From: a plasmid
Length of the DNA stretch: 64,000 nt
Reading direction: 5' to 3' (one strand)
Sequence record: NZ_CP082221.1
The notes beneath the pieces were generated by a model. That model saw only the letters and a program-made list of their open reading frames with translations. It did not search any database and was not told the origin of the DNA. Within the stretch, counting starts at the first letter, position 1. Each line of letters starts with the position of its first letter. Below, one piece after another: positions 28,311 to 37,836 of this stretch. The position numbers were made by a program, and so were the translations under genes.

Positions 28311-28760
28311 TTATTTACAAGAGTTTTTAATGGCAAATGATTTAATTACTTCTGATCTTTCGTTGTATTTTTTTGCGAGTGATCCATATTCTGATAGTGT
28401 ATAACTTCCTTTTACAAATACAGAATTCAGGATTGGATCATTTACAGTTCTAACTGTTGGTAAAGCAATATCTAAAGCCTGTTGATATGGTTTCATAGCA
28501 TTATTCAAATGATATGGAAATGATAAAAAGCCTATAGTAGTTCCTATAAAAAGAGATAAGGCAATTATATTAATATTTAAGTTTACAAATTTAAAAGTTA
28601 GCAATTTTAGTGCTATCAAACTAATGACTATCGACAATATCATATAACTAGCACAATTCATTGCTACATTAATAGATGTTGGATTCAAAAATGAAGTGTC
28701 TGTATTAGGAAGCGTAATAAGACAATTGTTAATTAAGTCTAGTGGTTGCAATAATTCCAT
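28311..28760 (-). CDS. membrane protein (149 aa)
   Basis: Motif B GAGCTGAAAAGCTTATGGAG (rc of 28773-28792). The real ATG is at 28760. Confidence 0.5.
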   Translation of the reverse strand: MELLQPLDLINNCLITLPNTDTSFLNPTSINVAMNCASYMILSIVISLIALKLLTFKFVNLNINIIALSLFIGTTIGFLSFPYHLNNAMKPYQQALDIALPTVRTVNDPILNSVFVKGSYTLSEYGSLAKKYNERSEVIKSFAIKNSCK

Positions 28761-28985
28761 GTTTAACTCCATAAGCTTTTCAGCTCTAAAATTTTGGTAT
28801 TGGTTAATTAATTTGTAATATTGAAGGCGGAAAATTGGATTGAATTAACATAAATGATAATGCTAACACCGCTGCAAGACATGGTGTCACATGATTATTA
28901 AATCTATGGATAAATAATATATGCCAGCCCATTAAAATTGAAATTCCTGTTAAATAGAATAATGGACCAATTTATTAACCCTCTC

Positions 28986-29183
28986 TTACTGATTAAATTT
29001 AATTGAAAAACCAATGCCATTTATACTCAGAAATAGACCGATAATTAAAGTCATATGGCCTACATTTTGAACCCATAAATCATTTTGATACTTTTTAGAT
29101 TTGTACCAATACAAACCTACCAAAATAAATAGTACACCTAATGCTGTAATAATTAGCGTAATTAAACTAAATTTAAACCCCAT
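28986..29183 (-). CDS. small 2-TM protein
   Basis: Motif B variant GAGCTCAATAGCTTAAGGAG upstream. Confidence 0.5.
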   Translation of the reverse strand: MGFKFSLITLIITALGVLFILVGLYWYKSKKYQNDLWVQNVGHMTLIIGLFLSINGIGFSIKFNQ

Positions 29184-29325
29184 AGTATATCTCCTTAAGC
29201 TATTGAGCTCATTCTTTAAAAATCTAGGTTAAGTATCTACAAAATTCAAGAAAAAGTAAATGTAATAATACCGAATTGTATTATTTATTTGATTCAATAA
29301 CATCTCTTGAACCATTTTTAATCTG

Positions 29326-29985
29326 TTACTCCTTTTTATCATTAGTGATATTGTTAGCTTCACCGATACGTTCTCTTGCTTCTAAGATCTTTGATTCCTG
29401 TATCGTCTCAAATTCCATATCTTTGAATCTTTTATAAAAATGTTCTATGAATAAAAATTCATAGTCAAAATAGGATATATACCCTCTTTCTTTCATGATC
29501 TTTTCGATTGGTTTTTTTAAAGGGAGATTATAATTATCTTTCAGATACAATACCTTTTTATACATATCTTCATTGATTTCCTTTTCAATGAGAGCTGAAC
29601 ATCGCTCATAATCTGAAAGTAATACTAAGTTAATATACATTGGTCTAGATAATTTAAATTCTTTTTCTTTTGAAGAATAAAAAACTTTTCTTAAAATTAT
29701 TTCTGTTATTTTTTTATTTAAATAGTAATTAATAATGATCGATACAAGTCCGCTAATTGCTATCATAAATGCAGTATCAACATTATTAGATTTTTCATGA
29801 CTAACTAAACCAACTAACCATAGGGAACCACCGATTAAAGCAATTATGGATAAAAATATGGCTATAATTGAGAAAGTATCCCATTTTTTCATGAGTCCTA
29901 GTTTGGATTTCTTAAGCAGATCGTCTTTTTGATAAACATCGAATATATCGATTACATCATGCATGTAGATATTTTCATGGATCAT
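29326..29985 (-). CDS. membrane-anchored protein (219 aa)
   Basis: Motif B GAGCTGAAAAGCTTATGGAG upstream. Two TM plus a cytoplasmic domain. Confidence 0.55.
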   Translation of the reverse strand: MIHENIYMHDVIDIFDVYQKDDLLKKSKLGLMKKWDTFSIIAIFLSIIALIGGSLWLVGLVSHEKSNNVDTAFMIAISGLVSIIINYYLNKKITEIILRKVFYSSKEKEFKLSRPMYINLVLLSDYERCSALIEKEINEDMYKKVLYLKDNYNLPLKKPIEKIMKERGYISYFDYEFLFIEHFYKRFKDMEFETIQESKILEARERIGEANNITNDKKE

Positions 29986-30241
29986 TTTTTGTACTCCATA
30001 AGCTTTTCAGCTCATTCATAAAGTTTTATGATGTTATATTGAATCAATATAATTTAATATGTATATTTGGTCAATATAACTCAGCAAGGTTGGCTAGGCC
30101 ATTTTAGATGCTTAAAATTCTATTTTAACCATATATAATTCTGAGGTCTTTTTAACTATACCCAAAAAAGCCATATTGATAGTAAATATGGCAATTATAG
30201 TTACCCATGATATTTGTTTATAAATGTAGGAGTCTGATCTG

Positions 30242-30880
30242 TTGAATAACGTAGCTCGTATTTACATGCGTGTCAGTACAGAGAAACAAGATCTTGAGCG
30301 ACAAGAGAAGGTGATAAATGATGCGCGAAATGCTGGTTATTATATTGCAGCAGTCTATAGGGAAAAAGCTTCAGGTATTACACCTGATCGTCCAGAACTT
30401 AATAGGATGATACATGACCTTCAAGCCGGTGAAGTAGTTATTGCAGAGCGAATTGACCGTATTAGTAGATTACCATTACCTGAAGCCGAGAAGTTAATTG
30501 TTGCAATTAAAGAAAAAGGTGCAAAACTTTCAATACCCGGTGTAATTGATTTATCTGAATTTTCAAAAGATGCTAGTGGAATTTCTAAAATTGTATTAGA
30601 TCAAGTACAAGACATGTTGCTAAAAATTGCATTGCAAATGGCACATGAAGATTATTTGTTAATTAAAAAAAGAAGGGAAGAGGGAATTGAACTTCGAAAA
30701 AATAAAGGTCTTTACAATGGTAGAAAAGCTGACAAAAAACTTCACGATAAAATTGTAGAGTTAAGAAAGCAGAATATTAGTATTTCAAAAACGGCATTAA
30801 TAGCAAATTGTAGTGTTTCTTTAGTTAAGCTAGTTTGGAAGAGATATAGCGAATCAAATTCATCTCAAGCTTTAAAGTAA
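30242..30880 (+). CDS. serine recombinase (resolvase/invertase family)
   Basis: N-terminal ARIYMRVSTEKQ with the catalytic Ser. C-terminal HTH. About 200 aa. Confidence 0.85.
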   Translation: MNNVARIYMRVSTEKQDLERQEKVINDARNAGYYIAAVYREKASGITPDRPELNRMIHDLQAGEVVIAERIDRISRLPLPEAEKLIVAIKEKGAKLSIPGVIDLSEFSKDASGISKIVLDQVQDMLLKIALQMAHEDYLLIKKRREEGIELRKNKGLYNGRKADKKLHDKIVELRKQNISISKTALIANCSVSLVKLVWKRYSESNSSQALK

Positions 30881-30908
30881 TTGTTGTTGCGGATCCGCAA
30901 CAACAATT
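30879..30908. terminator. 30-bp perfect palindrome AATTGTTGTTGCGGATCCGCAACAACAATT (extended copy of the scattered 16-bp motif)
   Basis: Read directly. Overlaps the resolvase stop codon. Confidence 0.45.
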
Positions 30909-30921
30909 GTTTGAGACTTTT

Positions 30922-31353
30922 TCATTCTTGTTTAGAAATAAAAGCTTTTATAAATTTTGAATTGCTAATGAACAACATAAATGCAAATAAAGTTATTAGG
31001 CTAATATTAAAATTATATAAGGGAATATTGTTCGTAATCACTTCAGGAGTTCGTGTAGCAACCATCCAAAAACTACCAGTTAAAAGAATTAAGAGATTTT
31101 GGAAAGGGGTGTCTGCAATTTTTTTTAATGAATTGAAAAAAAATTGCCCAACAAAAGTGAAGGTACACAGTAGGAGGGAGAGGTAAAAATTAACGGCAAG
31201 GGCTGTAAAAATAGATCCGATCTCTACGGCATTCATGTTTTTAAATAGCAATTTACCAAATACCATCCCAACAAAGTAACTCAGAATAAATATTCCTAAA
31301 CTTAATAAAGCTACCAGATAGTGTCTAAATATATGTTTGACAATACTTTGCAT
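30922..31353 (-). CDS. membrane protein (143 aa)
   Basis: Hydrophobic ORF. Confidence 0.45.
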   Translation of the reverse strand: MQSIVKHIFRHYLVALLSLGIFILSYFVGMVFGKLLFKNMNAVEIGSIFTALAVNFYLSLLLCTFTFVGQFFFNSLKKIADTPFQNLLILLTGSFWMVATRTPEVITNNIPLYNFNISLITLFAFMLFISNSKFIKAFISKQE

Positions 31354-31378
31354 CTTGCACTCCTTCTATTCTTATTGT

Positions 31379-31714
31379 TTAGAACAACACTTCATTGGGT
31401 GTCTTAACTTTTTCATTTTCAAATTTATTGCCACAGTCTTTACATTCCAGATCAATTTTTTTGAAAATCTTTGATGCTTCTGATTCCTTTAATTGAAAAC
31501 ATCCATTTTCAAAATGAATTACATCTGCTGTTTGGTATCTAACGCTGCATATGAGATTCCGACTTTTACATTTAGGACATTTTACTTCGGAATTTAATTC
31601 TAATGGTTTTAACGGAGTATTGAGAGCTGCTTCAACAGTTGATAACTTAACATTCATAATTTTTGACTCATAACTATTAATGAGATTTAAAGAATTTATG
31701 CCTTTTTTTGCCAT
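31379..31714 (-). CDS. zinc-ribbon protein (CPKC...CKDC)
   Basis: Two CxxC pairs. Divergent from the tra operon promoter. Confidence 0.5.
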   Translation of the reverse strand: MAKKGINSLNLINSYESKIMNVKLSTVEAALNTPLKPLELNSEVKCPKCKSRNLICSVRYQTADVIHFENGCFQLKESEASKIFKKIDLECKDCGNKFENEKVKTPNEVLF

Positions 31715-31891
31715 TTTTCTTAAGCTTGTATAAACAAAAAAACAACATTATGGCTTGGGGAGTGTTAAATATCGCTTATTTAACCTCAGCAAGTGTATGC
31801 CTATTGTAACAAATAATGTAAAAATATATTAATGAAATCTATAACATACTGAAATTTATAGATAAAAACAAGCAGTTTTATTTTTAAAAAA

Positions 31892-31921
31892 TTGCAGCAC
31901 TTTGATGTAATTTTTTAGTAT
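31892..31921 (+). promoter_or_regulatory. tra-operon promoter with conserved box TTGCAGCACTTTGATG ... TAGTAT
   Basis: -35-like TTGCAG, 18-bp spacer, TAGTAT. The same box occurs at 58729 and 60141. Confidence 0.5.
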
Positions 31922-31944
31922 GATAATAACATATTAATTCGTAC

Positions 31945-32571
31945 ATGATTGAAGCTATGCAAAGAGCTAAAACTTACAACATACATAACTCAATTATAAA
32001 ACTTTCAGCAATCGTATTTGGAGCTTGTGTTACATCAACAACATATGCTGTTTGTTGGGATGAAGCCGCAAGTATGTATGGTACGGATCCTATTTTATTA
32101 AAAGCAATTGGATGGAAAGAGAGTAGAGGCCATGTTGGTGCAGTTGGTTCTTTACTTAAAGATGGCAATAGAGCATTAGGACTAATGCAGATAAATACCA
32201 TTCATTTACCAGCTTTAAGAAAACAAGGAATTACTCGTAATGATTTATTCGATCCTTGTACTTCTCAAAAAATTGCTTCATGGGTTCTTGCTGATTGTTT
32301 AAAAAAATTTGGTGAAGTCTGGAGAGCAGTAGGGTGTTACTACGGAGGACCTGCTTCTAAAGCATATACGGCAATGAATCAATATTCTGCCGATGTTCGA
32401 AGATACTTTGAAGGCTATAAAAGAAAAGCGGGCTTACCAGCAGTTTATACCCCATTACAACCTCAAAGTATAAAAGCTCAGTCAGTTAATTATAACGAAG
32501 ATATTCCAAATTATTCTTCAGTGAATCAAACAATTAAGAAAACTTCAAATTTCCAAATAATTCGATTCTAA
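31945..32571 (+). CDS. lytic transglycosylase (Orf169/VirB1-like)
   Basis: SLT motifs (WKESRG...GLMQIN). First gene of the T4SS operon. Confidence 0.75.
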   Translation: MIEAMQRAKTYNIHNSIIKLSAIVFGACVTSTTYAVCWDEAASMYGTDPILLKAIGWKESRGHVGAVGSLLKDGNRALGLMQINTIHLPALRKQGITRNDLFDPCTSQKIASWVLADCLKKFGEVWRAVGCYYGGPASKAYTAMNQYSADVRRYFEGYKRKAGLPAVYTPLQPQSIKAQSVNYNEDIPNYSSVNQTIKKTSNFQIIRF

Positions 32572-32587
32572 CCACACGGAGTATGAA

Positions 32588-32824
32588 ATGAATAGATTTT
32601 TTTTGCTTCTACTATGTTGCGGATCCGCAACCTTAGCAGTAGCAAAAGAACAAAAAAATGAAACAAAACAGCAGAGTATGAATGAACCTAACCCTATCAC
32701 CCGATATGTGAATGTTCTTCAAAAGGGTGAAGGCAGAGAATCAAAATTTGTTCTATGTGATCCAGAAAATAAAAGTTGCGTTCAACAAGAGCGCAGTGAA
32801 AAGCATTTGGCAGTAGCCAAATAA
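32588..32824 (+). CDS. small secreted protein
   Basis: GGAG SD. Signal peptide. A palindrome site lies inside the signal-peptide coding region. Confidence 0.45.
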   Translation: MNRFFLLLLCCGSATLAVAKEQKNETKQQSMNEPNPITRYVNVLQKGEGRESKFVLCDPENKSCVQQERSEKHLAVAK

Positions 32825-32874
32825 ATAACCCCATTTAAGGGGGCAAAACCTAAAACCTTAAGAGGAATAAAAAT

Positions 32875-33228
32875 ATGGAATTAGTTGTTCCAGCTCAAAC
32901 ACATCAAATTTACTTTGATATCAAAAAACTAAAACGTCCAGTAACAATCGCCTTGATGGTTGTCACAGCAATGCTTATTTGGATGACTTTATCAACCGCA
33001 GGTACTGGTACAGGTGTTGGTTCTACATTTAACACTTGGGCGACAACAGTGGAAGGCTGGATTAAAGGCCCATACGGGAAATTAGCAATTCTTGCGAGTT
33101 TATTATTCGCAATTGGTGCATTCGCTTGGACTCGTGATCTTCGCGTTATTGTAATTCCAGCAGTTGCTGCCGTTGTAGTTGGAATTATTGTGTCGTTAGT
33201 AACAGGTTCGTTTACAGCCGTTATCTAA
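32875..33228 (+). CDS. traA: F-type propilin TraA
   Basis: About 117 aa with a long leader then two hydrophobic segments. Position before traL-E-K-B. Confidence 0.55.
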   Translation: MELVVPAQTHQIYFDIKKLKRPVTIALMVVTAMLIWMTLSTAGTGTGVGSTFNTWATTVEGWIKGPYGKLAILASLLFAIGAFAWTRDLRVIVIPAVAAVVVGIIVSLVTGSFTAVI

Positions 33229-33243
33229 TAACTTTTTAGTGGG

Positions 33244-33543
33244 GTGGGTATGTCTTCAGGTGTAGAACTTTCTCATTATGTTCCAACGTACATCGATGCT
33301 AAATCAAAGTTCTTAATGTTTGATCAAGATGTTGCTTTAGCTTCATTTCTGATCTTCATTCTGGGTTTTGTTTTTGGTCATCCCTTCTTGGGATTCTTTG
33401 TGGGATTCGCAATAGCTTATTACTTCAATAAAGCTAAAGCAGGTCTACATCCTGATTATATGCTCCACCTAACTTACTGGGTGGCTAACTCACCGAAATT
33501 AAAGGAGTTGCCTGAATCAAACAATCGCCACTTTTTCGGATGA
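33244..33543 (+). CDS. traL: TraL
   Basis: About 99 aa membrane protein in the F-operon position. Confidence 0.5.
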   Translation: MGMSSGVELSHYVPTYIDAKSKFLMFDQDVALASFLIFILGFVFGHPFLGFFVGFAIAYYFNKAKAGLHPDYMLHLTYWVANSPKLKELPESNNRHFFG

Positions 33544-33547
33544 CATT

Positions 33548-34126
33548 ATGGATTCAGAAGTTGGAATAGCATCAAATGAAAGCCTTAATTTAAGAAATAG
33601 ATCACAGACTTATGTGATCTTTTCTTTAATAGGCTTACTTACTTTATCAATAATTGCAAATATTGTACTTGCACTGAGTGGCAAAACAATAATTAAACCT
33701 TCGGATAATTCAGGCCCAACGTATATCTTAGGAAGTACTTCGGCAAATAAAGAATATTATTTAGATTTTTCAAACTATGTAATTAATTATCTATTCAATG
33801 TTACACCAATAAATGTATCCAAGAACTTTGAAAAAATTCTAGGCATTACATGTGAACCATCCTTCCCACAAATTCAAAAATATTTAAGTCAATCTGAAGC
33901 ACAAATTAAACGTGAGGGCCTTACCAGTGTGTGGTCATCTTCAGGTGCTTTCACTTTTCAAGAAGCAGATAAGGCCGTAACCATTGAAGGAACAAGGAAA
34001 ACCTATTTGGCAGATCGTTTAGTCTCTGAAAAATCACAAAAGATTCAAACTAAATTTGTGATGAGTAAGGGAACGATATGTCTTTATTCATTAAATGAGG
34101 TGAAAGATGAAATTGCAACTCAGTAA
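33548..34126 (+). CDS. traE: TraE
   Basis: 192 aa with an N-terminal TM. Order matches F. Confidence 0.55.
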   Translation: MDSEVGIASNESLNLRNRSQTYVIFSLIGLLTLSIIANIVLALSGKTIIKPSDNSGPTYILGSTSANKEYYLDFSNYVINYLFNVTPINVSKNFEKILGITCEPSFPQIQKYLSQSEAQIKREGLTSVWSSSGAFTFQEADKAVTIEGTRKTYLADRLVSEKSQKIQTKFVMSKGTICLYSLNEVKDEIATQ

Positions 34127-34829
34127 AATTGCATTGTTTATATCTTCTATCTTCCTGACTACATCTACATTTGCGGCTCAACATATTACTAAAGCTGATC
34201 AAGAAACTGTTCAAGTAACTGTGTCGAATACAGAGCCAAATGTGCTTGTTGTTGATGGAAGACGAATTGTTAATTTAGTGCCATCAGATGTAACAGCTTT
34301 GGATACCTTGCCAGATAAAGAGCAAGGGACTCTCTATTTTAAAATATCTCCATATTTCCAGAATACACCTATAACTCTATTTGTTACTGATGATGAAGGA
34401 ACCCGTTACAAGCTTGTATTGCAGCCACGTAGCGTTGGGGCCGAAGAGGTTGTATTAGTTCCGCCAAAACCAGGTGCGGGCACAAGCAAACGATCTCAAT
34501 CCTATTTACAGCAAATAAAAGAATTGATGTATGTCATGGGAGATGATGCCGAAAATCCTCAAGAGACACTTGCCGTAGACGGGATATCCCGTTCGTTCGT
34601 AAAAGCAGAAATCCCTTTGTGGAAAGAGTCTAAATTTGTTTTGTTGCGTCGTTACGATACCGACGGTATGTATGGCGAAATGTATCAACTAACTAATTTA
34701 ACAAATAAAACAATGAATTTGTTAGAGCAGGAATTTTATAGAAAAGGTGTAAGTGCTGTTTCTATTCAAAATTTAACACTAAGCCCTGGCAGATCGACAT
34801 TTGTTTATGTTGTTAGAGAAAATAATTAG
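34107..34829 (+). CDS. traK: TraK (secretin-like)
   Basis: 240 aa with a signal peptide. Order matches F. Confidence 0.5.
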   Translation: MKLQLSKIALFISSIFLTTSTFAAQHITKADQETVQVTVSNTEPNVLVVDGRRIVNLVPSDVTALDTLPDKEQGTLYFKISPYFQNTPITLFVTDDEGTRYKLVLQPRSVGAEEVVLVPPKPGAGTSKRSQSYLQQIKELMYVMGDDAENPQETLAVDGISRSFVKAEIPLWKESKFVLLRRYDTDGMYGEMYQLTNLTNKTMNLLEQEFYRKGVSAVSIQNLTLSPGRSTFVYVVRENN

Positions 34830-34838
34830 GAGATATAA

Positions 34839-36155
34839 ATGAGTAACGATATCGATTTAGAAAATCCTAATGACAAACTCAAGAAAAAACAAATTAAATG
34901 GTTGGCCATATTAGGCACAATATTATTCATTATTGTTGCTATTTTCTTGTTTTCTGGAAGTCCACCAGAAGAAACGAATAAAACTCAAGCACCTGAAAAT
35001 GCGGTAAATGTGGAAAAACCGGGTGATGCTGAAGAGCAAGATAAATGGAGACAAACGGCCGCAATTGATCAAGAAGCTCAAAAAAAGCAAATTGATGATT
35101 TAACTCAAACCGTTAACTCTCAAGTTGCTCAAAATGATGCGTTAAAGTCAGAACTATCAATAATGAACGAGCGTATTAGTCAAATTGCTAATCGTTCCGA
35201 ATCAAGAGTGGTAGCACAACCAACAAATACAAATCCACCAAATCTTGGGGGAATAGCTGGTACATCTTCAGCTTATCCAAATAAACAAGGATTGCATGGA
35301 CAAAGTATTCTATCAGATCCAAATGGAACTGGTATCGATCCTCAGACAGGCGAGCGAATACCTTTACCAAATAATATAGCTCCAGTTAAAACCTTTGGCA
35401 TTATTGACATGAATAAGTCAATTGATGAACAAGGAAATACAACATCTACTTCAGTTAAAAGCCAACGACCTGAGAAAACAACATTTATCCCGGATGGGAG
35501 TTTTGTTCGTGTCGTAATGATTAATGGCGTAGATGCACCAACTGGTGGACAAGCACAGTCGGACCCAATTCCAGTTGTATTCCAAACAGTTGGGAAATTC
35601 GATATGCCAAATAATTATAAAATGAACATCAAAGGATGTCGTTTTGTAGGAGCCGCTTGGGGTGAATTATCGAGTGAACGTGTTAAAGCAACAATTCAAA
35701 GTGGTAACTGCATTATTAATGGTCAAACAGTACCAATTCAAATTAAAGGTCAAGTCGTTGGAGAAGACGGCAAAACTGGTATTCGTGGCCGTGTAGTAAG
35801 TAAACAAGGTCAAATTCTTGCTAAAGCTGCATTAGCATCCGCAATGGAGGCTATAGGTGGACTGTACGGTAGTACAGTTGGTACAGCAAGCCAATCGGCG
35901 CTAGGTACTGTTAGAACGATTTCAGGAAGTGAACTGAAGCAAGCCGCAGTAGGTGGTGCGATTTCAGGTGGAGCAGAAAAACTTTCTGATTTCTATATGC
36001 AACGGGCAAATGACTTATTTCCTGTTATTGAAGTTAGTGCAGGGCGAACTTTAGAGATTGTTGTTCAACAAGGTGGCACAGTAGCGAATCAATTTTTGAT
36101 AACTAAAAGTGCAACTCCAATGAATCAACAAAAACGCATTTTAATGGATGACTAA
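34839..36155 (+). CDS. traB: TraB (VirB10-like)
   Basis: 438 aa with an N-terminal TM, a Pro/Gln-rich linker and a C-terminal beta domain. Confidence 0.55.
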   Translation: MSNDIDLENPNDKLKKKQIKWLAILGTILFIIVAIFLFSGSPPEETNKTQAPENAVNVEKPGDAEEQDKWRQTAAIDQEAQKKQIDDLTQTVNSQVAQNDALKSELSIMNERISQIANRSESRVVAQPTNTNPPNLGGIAGTSSAYPNKQGLHGQSILSDPNGTGIDPQTGERIPLPNNIAPVKTFGIIDMNKSIDEQGNTTSTSVKSQRPEKTTFIPDGSFVRVVMINGVDAPTGGQAQSDPIPVVFQTVGKFDMPNNYKMNIKGCRFVGAAWGELSSERVKATIQSGNCIINGQTVPIQIKGQVVGEDGKTGIRGRVVSKQGQILAKAALASAMEAIGGLYGSTVGTASQSALGTVRTISGSELKQAAVGGAISGGAEKLSDFYMQRANDLFPVIEVSAGRTLEIVVQQGGTVANQFLITKSATPMNQQKRILMDD

Positions 36156-36879
36156 TATGAAAAAATTTTTATTAACTTTTGCCGTAGCAATTAGTTCCTA
36201 TTCAATAGCATATGCAGATGTAGCAGAAGATATTAAGTCTAATATCCAAAAAAACTATCCGGCAACTACTGTTACTCAAGTGAATAAAACTCCTTTAACC
36301 GGCATATATGAAGTCGTAATGGGTAGAAATGTGGCATATACCGATAAAGATGGTAGATACTTCATTTTTGGAAATTTGTTTGATATGAAAACACAAACAG
36401 ATTTAACAACGACTCCAACAAGTTCAAACAAAGTTGAAGTTGGTTTCCCGAATGCTGATCGTTTAAAAGATGCAATTAAAACAGTTAAAGGCAATGGGAA
36501 AAGAAAGCTCGTAGTATTTAGCGATCCTGATTGCCCATATTGCCAACAATTAGAACGTAATTTGCAATCGATTGATAATGTAACGATTTATACATTCCTT
36601 TATCCGTTAGAGAGTATTCACCCAACTGCTAAAACAACAGCAGTATCAATTTGGTGTTCTAAGAATCCTGGTAAAGCATTTCAAGATTACATGATTGAAA
36701 ATATTAAGCCTTCATCCAAAAATTGCGCTCACCCAATAGATCGTAATATTGAATTTGCATCAAGTATGAATATTCAAGGTACACCTTCATTAATATTTGA
36801 AGACGGTTCAATGGTGCCTGGAGCAGTGGGTGTTTCTGAACTAGAACGACTTCTCAATTCATCTCAGAAATCAAAATAA
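36148..36879 (+). CDS. DsbC-like thiol:disulfide interchange protein
   Basis: Signal peptide plus a CPYC thioredoxin motif. Also found in SXT/IncH-type MPF-F operons. Confidence 0.65.
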   Translation: MTNMKKFLLTFAVAISSYSIAYADVAEDIKSNIQKNYPATTVTQVNKTPLTGIYEVVMGRNVAYTDKDGRYFIFGNLFDMKTQTDLTTTPTSSNKVEVGFPNADRLKDAIKTVKGNGKRKLVVFSDPDCPYCQQLERNLQSIDNVTIYTFLYPLESIHPTAKTTAVSIWCSKNPGKAFQDYMIENIKPSSKNCAHPIDRNIEFASSMNIQGTPSLIFEDGSMVPGAVGVSELERLLNSSQKSK

Positions 36880-36921
36880 AGATAGCTAAAGATAGTGAGC
36901 CTCACGGCTTCAGGAGAGTCA

Positions 36922-37182
36922 ATGAAATATTTAATTATTTGTCCATTCATTCTTTTACTTTCAGGATGCAGTGCTCTAGCAACGAGCCCTTATCAAGAAA
37001 AGTGTTTAACAGTCAATAACTCAAAAAATGTTAATCAAGTAATTTCTAAGCTTGAGGTACATCTTCGTCCACCTGTTAAGACAACTAAGAAGCCGAATGA
37101 AGAAACTAAATTCAATGAATCAATTTTGGCTTTCCAAAATGAAAAAGCCGTTGATTCACATACAGCATTGGAGAATTTATAA
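36922..37182 (+). CDS. small lipoprotein
   Basis: Motif B GAGCCTCACGGCTTCAGGAG upstream. LLSGC lipobox. Confidence 0.45.
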   Translation: MKYLIICPFILLLSGCSALATSPYQEKCLTVNNSKNVNQVISKLEVHLRPPVKTTKKPNEETKFNESILAFQNEKAVDSHTALENL

Positions 37183-37827
37183 ATGAAAAGAAAAGGTATT
37201 TTACTTTGCTTGGCAATCAATCTAAGTGGATGTGCAGCATTTAACGGAGGGTTCGACGGTTTAAATGGTCAAAGCTCATTTTCATGCAAAGCGCCAGATG
37301 GAATTTTGTGTGACTCAATGTCAGGTGTAATGGCGAATTTGAATGCAAACAATTTGCCGTCACAGCAGGTTAAACATGGCAATAGTAAAGAAGTAATTGC
37401 AAATACATATATGCAGCGTACACGTGCGACTAAAGATAATGCAATGCCAGTAGCTCCATACGCAGATGAACCATTACTACGCCAACCGAAAACTCTCAGA
37501 ATTTGGGTAGCTCCGTGGGAATCTTCGGATAGAACTTTATTCGATCAACAATATTTCTATCTAGTAATCGACAATTGGAAGTGGATGATTGAACACAATT
37601 CTCGACGTCTACAAGATGCATACGCACCAATTGGAGCCCCAATTTCAAACTATTCAAGTCCAGCCATTACAGTTGCGGATCCGCAATCTACTAAAACAGG
37701 TTCAGATGGTCCTATACCAGTAAATGCTTCAGTTAATAGCCAGCCAAATAGTAAAGAAATTTTGAATGGAATAAATACTGAAATAAAAGACTTGAATGTC
37801 GATATCTCTAAGTTTACTAGACAGTGA
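37183..37827 (+). CDS. traV: TraV lipoprotein
   Basis: NLSGC lipobox with Cys residues. Position before traC. Confidence 0.5.
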   Translation: MKRKGILLCLAINLSGCAAFNGGFDGLNGQSSFSCKAPDGILCDSMSGVMANLNANNLPSQQVKHGNSKEVIANTYMQRTRATKDNAMPVAPYADEPLLRQPKTLRIWVAPWESSDRTLFDQQYFYLVIDNWKWMIEHNSRRLQDAYAPIGAPISNYSSPAITVADPQSTKTGSDGPIPVNASVNSQPNSKEILNGINTEIKDLNVDISKFTRQ

Positions 37828-37836
37828 GATTAACTT

